This document shows, piece after piece, positions 59,498 to 64,000 of a DNA stretch of 64,000 nt (its first letter is position 1; each line of letters starts with the position of its first letter). The stretch comes from Patescibacteria group bacterium (GTDB lineage: Bacteria; Patescibacteriota; Minisyncoccia; Phycocordibacterales; JBBUBG01), in NCBI GenBank assembly GCA_040384765.1, contig JAZKIQ010000005.1, positions 358 through 64,357 on the forward strand, written 5' to 3'. The position numbers and the translations under genes are program-made. The notes below the pieces were generated by a model, which worked only from the letters and a program-made list of their open reading frames with translations, had not been told where the DNA came from and made no database searches.

Positions 59498-60106
59498 ATG
59501 AAAAAAGCATCATTATCTCTCGCAGCAGCCGGCCTGCTTATCTTTGCACAAGGAGCTCTTGCCCAAACAACTAAAGCCACCCCGAATACACAAGCACTCT
59601 GTATAAAGGACGCAAACGACAGCACATCAAAAACCCTCAAGGAGGCCACAGCCGCACACGCTCTTGCTGTCAAAAAGGCAAATGAGGAGTTTGCAAAAGC
59701 AAAAAAAGAGGTAGCACTTCGAAAGGAGGCTTCTCTCAAGCTCTGCAAAATGCCAAAGCCAGCTGTGGAAAAAAAGCCAGCTGCTGCGGTAGCTCAAAAG
59801 AAAGAAACTCCTCCTGTAGTCATTGCCCCTAAAGCCCCTACCCCAGTGACTGTCGCTATCGGAATTAGGGAGTTTGCATTTTCAGAGGACAAAATACGCA
59901 TCAAAAAAGGGACAACAGTCACCTGGACCAATAATGAGGTGATGAACATGAGCCACTCCATCGAATCAGACATTCCTGGCAAGTTTACAAGCCCGCTCCT
60001 TGCAAGAGGAGAAAGCTTCTCCTACACCTTTAATTCCGTTGGGCTTGTCTCCTACCACTGTGGACCGCACCAGTACATGACCGGCGAGATTATGGTTACC
60101 GAGTAG
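59498..60106 (+). CDS. secreted cupredoxin (type-1 blue copper protein, plastocyanin/amicyanin-like)
   Basis: signal peptide; copper ligands H...YHCGPHQYM. Confidence 0.75.
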   Translation: MKKASLSLAAAGLLIFAQGALAQTTKATPNTQALCIKDANDSTSKTLKEATAAHALAVKKANEEFAKAKKEVALRKEASLKLCKMPKPAVEKKPAAAVAQKKETPPVVIAPKAPTPVTVAIGIREFAFSEDKIRIKKGTTVTWTNNEVMNMSHSIESDIPGKFTSPLLARGESFSYTFNSVGLVSYHCGPHQYMTGEIMVTE

Positions 60107-60128
60107 CGACATATCGAAAACAAAAAAT

Positions 60129-60158
60129 CCCCGCTTCGGCGGGGATTTTTTGTTTAGC
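60129..60158. terminator. bidirectional terminator aaaaaatccccgc-ttcg-gcggggatttttt
   Basis: perfect 13-bp stem flanked by A and T runs. Confidence 0.7.
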
Positions 60159-60175
60159 TAATTCCTGCGCTAAGC

Positions 60176-60358
60176 CTACATCATCGGCATCTTGCTTTTC
60201 CAAAGCATGCCGCCACCAATCACGAGGCAGATAACACCAAAGATGACATGGTACATATGCTCCACATACGAAGCGCCCACGGATACATGCACGCTGTGGG
60301 GAAGAAACGCAAAGAATGCTCCTACCAGAACCAACGCCCATGAAATGATCTTTTTCAT
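60176..60358 (-). CDS. possible small 2-TM membrane protein
   Basis: 60 aa, two hydrophobic helices; no SD, weak support. Confidence 0.25.
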   Translation of the reverse strand: MKKIISWALVLVGAFFAFLPHSVHVSVGASYVEHMYHVIFGVICLVIGGGMLWKSKMPMM

Positions 60359-60372
60359 ATACTCAGTATACT

Positions 60373-60684
60373 CTAGAGCCGTGCGATGGCGAGACCATAC
60401 TCATCATCCGTAGCCTCCGGACCCACGAGCTCGGGAAACGGGTGCTTTTGCCAATACGGCAAGTGGTTCATATTTCTCCGGGTAAGGCGCTCGGCGAGTG
60501 CGCGGTCTCCGTCGGTCGCCGCCTGGGCAAAATAGGCAATCCCTCCTTCAAAAACCTCCTGAGGCGTTTTTATCTTTCCATTCTCGGAATCGTACTTGCA
60601 CACCGGGCCATCCGGGGTTTCAAGACCGATATCTCCCGAGTGCTCTCCTTCAAACGGCATTCCACATGTGATACATGATGTCAT
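60373..60684 (-). CDS. hypothetical zinc-ribbon-like protein
   Basis: 103 aa, CITCG...CKYD cysteine pairs. Confidence 0.4.
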   Translation of the reverse strand: MTSCITCGMPFEGEHSGDIGLETPDGPVCKYDSENGKIKTPQEVFEGGIAYFAQAATDGDRALAERLTRRNMNHLPYWQKHPFPELVGPEATDDEYGLAIARL

Positions 60685-60720
60685 CTCTCTCTAAATAGTT
60701 TTTAAATAGTTGACTAGCTA

Positions 60721-61200
60721 CTAGCTAATACAGATCTCACGAAGCTTAGGATACTTTTTCAAGAAGGACAATCGTGAACACCACTCCTCAAGACCCCATA
60801 CTCGGCCAGCGTGAAATGTTGCGAGTACAAAGAGAGCAGCGCTATAGATAACATGTTGATCTACAAGGAGCGAGTGCGCATTTGGAAAAGGAAAATCGAG
60901 TGCAGTCAGATAATAAAGGGTCATAAGAAGCACGCCGAGCATCGAGGAAAGCCGCACTGCTATCCCGAGCAAGAGAGCGACACCAAGGAGCGTAAGGCCC
61001 CATGCATTGAGAAAGTTGGTCACCGGGATAACGCTTGGGCTTGCGAACCATGCAAAAAGCGCCGGAAAAGATTTTGCTCCCGCGAGGTACCCTGCAGCCG
61101 ACCAGGACGAATCGAGTACCTTTGTGATACCTGCATAGAAAAACATCCACCCGAGCGTTATGCGCAAAGCGAAGAGAGCGTACTTTTGTGAGGAGTTCAT
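60721..61200 (-). CDS. DoxX-family membrane protein (ORF-track N-extension to 61497 rejected)
   Basis: YALFALRITLGWMFFYAGITKV DoxX signature, 4 TM. Confidence 0.55.
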   Translation of the reverse strand: MNSSQKYALFALRITLGWMFFYAGITKVLDSSWSAAGYLAGAKSFPALFAWFASPSVIPVTNFLNAWGLTLLGVALLLGIAVRLSSMLGVLLMTLYYLTALDFPFPNAHSLLVDQHVIYSAALFVLATFHAGRVWGLEEWCSRLSFLKKYPKLREICIS

Positions 61201-61291
61201 AGCATCAGTGTAAGCCTTCTCGAAAGAAGAACCAACGACCTTTTCCACAAACAGGAGTTGGAGTAGTATCACAAAAGACGAAAGGGGCGAC

Positions 61292-61615
61292 ATGAAACGG
61301 ATTAGGCCCGAGAGAACCGCAAGAGGAATCGTCTTTGGAACCGAAGAAGATCTCTTCTCGTGTACTGCCTGCTCAACTGCAATACAGCTGGGAGCATACG
61401 GGGTAGCGGTGGTCATAGACGAGATCGAGTATCCACTCCCGGCTCCCAATATCGTATGCCCAGCCTGCGGCGAAGCACTCAGCGAGGTACCGGCCACCTA
61501 CGCCACGCTCAAGGAAGCCTCGGAGCGAGTATGCGAGGTTATGGACCAGCTCGAGGATGAAGAAACGATCGAGATCGCTGAGCCTGTCGAGATACGAAAG
61601 GATCTCGCAAACTAA
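61292..61615 (+). CDS. hypothetical CxxC...CxxC zinc-finger protein
   Basis: 107 aa, CTACS...CPACG; followed by terminator 61621-61656. Confidence 0.45.
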   Translation: MKRIRPERTARGIVFGTEEDLFSCTACSTAIQLGAYGVAVVIDEIEYPLPAPNIVCPACGEALSEVPATYATLKEASERVCEVMDQLEDEETIEIAEPVEIRKDLAN

Positions 61616-61620
61616 ACGCA

Positions 61621-61656
61621 AAACCCTCCCAGAGCCAACGGCTCGGGAGGGTTTGT
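61621..61656 (+). terminator. rho-independent terminator
   Basis: ccctcccagagcc-aacg-gctcgggaggg then tttgtt. Confidence 0.55.
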
Positions 61657-61706
61657 TCCTTAAGACACCCTCGTCCCTCTGTATCTGTATACGTATACAA
61701 AACGAA

Positions 61707-61741
61707 AGGGCCCGTCGCGTCATTGCTGACGCGCGGGCCCT
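61707..61741 (-). terminator. rho-independent terminator (minus strand)
   Basis: agggcccgtcgcgtca-ttgc-tgacgcgcgggccct; minus strand followed by tttcgttttgtat. Confidence 0.6.
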
Positions 61742-61743
61742 GC

Positions 61744-62037
61744 CTAAGTTTCGGTATAGCTCTCTTCGATCACCGGCTCCATTCCAGCTTCGGCAAGCTC
61801 GGCCTGTGCATCAGCAGCCACATGACGGCTGAAGATACTACAGACTATGCGTCCATTGCGGATCGTTACCGAGAGCAAAACCCTGCTGAGCGGCACCATC
61901 ATGACGGAGACCCAGATCTTCCGGGACTCAATCAGGTGATGTGTACCGTCGCGAACAGTGACCGAGAGGTCGCTGCCAAACCGAGGCTGGCAACGAACCC
62001 TGATCTTCTCAAGAACTGTAGGCACCAACATGACCAT
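61744..62037 (-). CDS. hypothetical protein
   Basis: 97 aa with own terminator. Confidence 0.4.
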   Translation of the reverse strand: MVMLVPTVLEKIRVRCQPRFGSDLSVTVRDGTHHLIESRKIWVSVMMVPLSRVLLSVTIRNGRIVCSIFSRHVAADAQAELAEAGMEPVIEESYTET

Positions 62038-62100
62038 GCATGCCTCCTTTCTTCACCGTATACAGTAACACTTAATATCTTGAAAGTCAACACCTCTCCT

Positions 62101-62592
62101 CTACCCTTTGTATGCATGCTCGAGTCCTGCAATATCGATCTTCTTCATCCCGAGCATCGCCTGCATCACCCGATCAGCCCTCTCTTTGTCCGGATCGTTG
62201 AGTAGCTCCGAGAGCTGCACTGGAATGATCTGCCAGGAAAACCCATATCGATCAGCAAGCCATCCACACTGCTGGGCTGCAGGGTCGCCGCCCGCCGAGA
62301 GCTTGCTCCAGTAGAGATCCACCTCTTCTTGAGTCTGGCACTCAACATGAAACGAGACTGCCCCCGTTGGCTTGAAAACAGGACCTCCATCAAGCGCCAT
62401 AAAACGCTGACCAAACAGCTCGAACACTGCCGTGAGCACTTTACCCTCCATCCCTTTCATGGGTTCAGGCAATGGACCCTCTGGGTATCGCTGTATACTC
62501 TCGATCTTTGAATCAGGGAAAATAGACGTGTAGAAATTGAGTGCCTCCTCACACTCGGTGTTAAACCACAAAAACGGCGTTATTTTTTGCAT
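62101..62592 (-). CDS. PhnB-like VOC-family protein (3-demethylubiquinone-9 3-methyltransferase-like domain, PF06983)
   Basis: ITPFLWFNTECEEALNFY ... CGWLADRYGFSWQI signatures. Confidence 0.6.
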   Translation of the reverse strand: MQKITPFLWFNTECEEALNFYTSIFPDSKIESIQRYPEGPLPEPMKGMEGKVLTAVFELFGQRFMALDGGPVFKPTGAVSFHVECQTQEEVDLYWSKLSAGGDPAAQQCGWLADRYGFSWQIIPVQLSELLNDPDKERADRVMQAMLGMKKIDIAGLEHAYKG

Positions 62593-62640
62593 AGTAGATG
62601 ATATTCTTCTCAGTGTATCCCCTCGAGGACGTACGACTCC

Positions 62641-63057
62641 TTGTTTTTAAACTCTCACATGATATCACTTCTCTTTGCAATACCGCTCTACTTTTACCAT
62701 CATCTTGGCACAATAGGCGGCCGGGAAAAATACGAGGGCTTTTGGGCTTCGGTATACGCTCTCGCTTCATTCGTACTTATCGCGAGCAAGCCTTCACACT
62801 TTCTTCTTTTTAGAATGGTGAGTGTGTACCGCGGTGGCCTCACTACCACCTCTCTATCGACAGAAGAGCTTCTCAACGAGTCGATCCACTATATTTCCGC
62901 ATCACCAATACAAGCGATGACTGTCTCGATAGTTCTCGGATTCATCTTTTATGGCACGACCCACTTCAGTCGCCGTTTCCACGGAGTAGCCTGCTACGGG
63001 GTGTATGTAGCAGGGATCATTGTTGCAAACCTCCTCTGCTATCTGACTCTTGTCTAG
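62641..63057 (+). CDS. membrane protein, unknown function
   Basis: 138 aa, 4 TM. Confidence 0.4.
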   Translation: MFLNSHMISLLFAIPLYFYHHLGTIGGREKYEGFWASVYALASFVLIASKPSHFLLFRMVSVYRGGLTTTSLSTEELLNESIHYISASPIQAMTVSIVLGFIFYGTTHFSRRFHGVACYGVYVAGIIVANLLCYLTLV

Positions 63058-63144
63058 TCACTCTCTACGCTAGGCAATAAAGTTATCCACCTTCCTGCTC
63101 GGCATTACATAGTAATAGCAGAGTGTGGTTGTTACAGTGAGGCT

Positions 63145-63504
63145 ATGGACACCACCGGCCCTTTTTCTCCCCTGACAAAAACTCTCCCCTGGGGCAGTTT
63201 TGATCAGTTTGTACACGAGACTCCCTGTACGGTAAAAATACTCACCATAAACCCCGGAGAGGCCCTCAGCCTCCAGAGGCACAAAAAACGCGACGAGTTT
63301 TGGCACGTGCTCGAAGGAGAAGGCACCCTCCAGATAGGAGACGAAATGATCGCAATCGAGAAAGGAACGAATCATTTTATCTCTCGCAATAGCCTTCACC
63401 GAGTATCCGCAAAGAGCGATGCGGTAAAAATTCTCGAAATATCGCTTGGAGAATTCGACGAAAGCGACATAGAACGACTCGAGGACAAGTACGGACGCAT
63501 TTAG
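63145..63504 (+). CDS. cupin-domain protein (mannose-6-phosphate isomerase C-terminal-like)
   Basis: INPGEALSLQRHKKRDEFWHVLEGEGTLQIGDE cupin motifs 1 and 2. Confidence 0.6.
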   Translation: MDTTGPFSPLTKTLPWGSFDQFVHETPCTVKILTINPGEALSLQRHKKRDEFWHVLEGEGTLQIGDEMIAIEKGTNHFISRNSLHRVSAKSDAVKILEISLGEFDESDIERLEDKYGRI

Positions 63505-63515
63505 TTCCTTCGGGA

Positions 63516-64000
63516 ATGTACGAGTACACCCTTAATCATCAGCCCGACTGGAGTTTCGCAGCCATTTTGGTACTTGCGCTCTTTGTGGTGAGTCTTTTCC
63601 GCTATGCCGGAAAAAGTGCGGGTCCCGGCAAGCATCCCCCTTTCAAACTTGTTCGATTCAAGCACAATCCCGTACTCGACCCAGTACAGAAAGAGGCGTG
63701 GGAGCAGATTGGCTCATTCAACCCTGCGGCATTTGTCGACAACGAAGGAATCGTCCATCTTTTCTACCGAGCAGTCGGAAGCGACGGACTCTCTCGCATA
63801 GGATACGCTTCAAGCGAAGACGGCGTGACATTCTCTGACCGCTCCACCTACCCCATACATGTTCCTACCCGAGAGCTTGGTTTGCCTCCTGCCTCACTCG
63901 CGTACGAAGATCGAAGATACGATACAATTAAATACAGCTCGGGCGGAGGATGGGGCGGATGCGAAGACCCGCGCGTTGTACAGATCGGAGACAGAGTATA
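63516..64000 (+). CDS. GH130-family glycoside phosphorylase/hydrolase (formerly DUF377), 3-prime partial at window edge
   Basis: NPVLDP...FNPAAFVDNEGIVHLFYRAVGSDGLSRIGYASSEDGVTF...GCEDPRVV signature; not in ORF track because it runs off the window. Confidence 0.55.
   Translation, partial: MYEYTLNHQPDWSFAAILVLALFVVSLFRYAGKSAGPGKHPPFKLVRFKHNPVLDPVQKEAWEQIGSFNPAAFVDNEGIVHLFYRAVGSDGLSRIGYASSEDGVTFSDRSTYPIHVPTRELGLPPASLAYEDRRYDTIKYSSGGGWGGCEDPRVVQIGDRV

Noticed and set aside
60721-61497. ORF-track N-terminal extension of DoxX to 61497 (258 aa)
   Set aside because: The DoxX domain starts at MNSSQKYALF (61200). The extension overlaps plus-strand gene 61292-61615, which has its own terminator.

Overview
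This 64 kb window is bacterial chromosome with moderate GC and a gene-dense housekeeping backbone, almost entirely on the minus strand. Recognisable loci: the dcw cluster (mraZ-rsmH-ftsL-ftsI-murF), lysS, greA, mrdA-mreD-mreC-mreB, proS, rseP, frr, holB, a second mreB paralog, a priA-like gene, a fused def-fmt gene, cyclophilin, hpf, an MFS transporter, queA, bcp, an SOS locus (lexA-dinB), a copper/metal cluster (CopC-CopD fusion, YcnI-like, Fur-family regulator, CooC-like ATPase, cupredoxin), an ABC exporter, the complete F1Fo ATP synthase operon atpBEFHAGDC, an AI-2E transporter and several small conserved-unknown proteins (DUF2200, DUF2795, DUF167, DUF2585, PhnB-like, cupin, GH130 fragment). 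No rRNA, tRNA or CRISPR array was seen. Core genes almost never have a Shine-Dalgarno sequence.

Two layers sit on top of this backbone and are the main points of interest. (1) At least six families of short palindromic, MITE-like repeats (10-24 bp perfect arms around 55-90 nt AT-rich loops, plus clusters of 9-mer palindromic units). They occupy essentially every intercistronic gap of 80 nt or more between co-directional genes, including three gaps inside the ATP synthase operon. Several span exactly from the stop codon of one gene to the ATG of the next. (2) A set of GC-rich ORFan cassettes (one to two small genes each). Each has a near-consensus extended -10 sigma70 promoter of closely related sequence, a strong SD (often with a GTG/TTG start) and its own hairpin terminator, all features the core genes lack.

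Other notable points: a Def-Fmt fusion protein, a PriA-like protein without Walker A/DExH motifs, a perfect 18-bp palindrome upstream of lexA (putative LexA box), paired TGCAA-N5-TTGCA candidate operators at the fur promoter, and two giant hairpins between lexA and dinB. All functional calls rest on motif recognition by eye; no searches were run.
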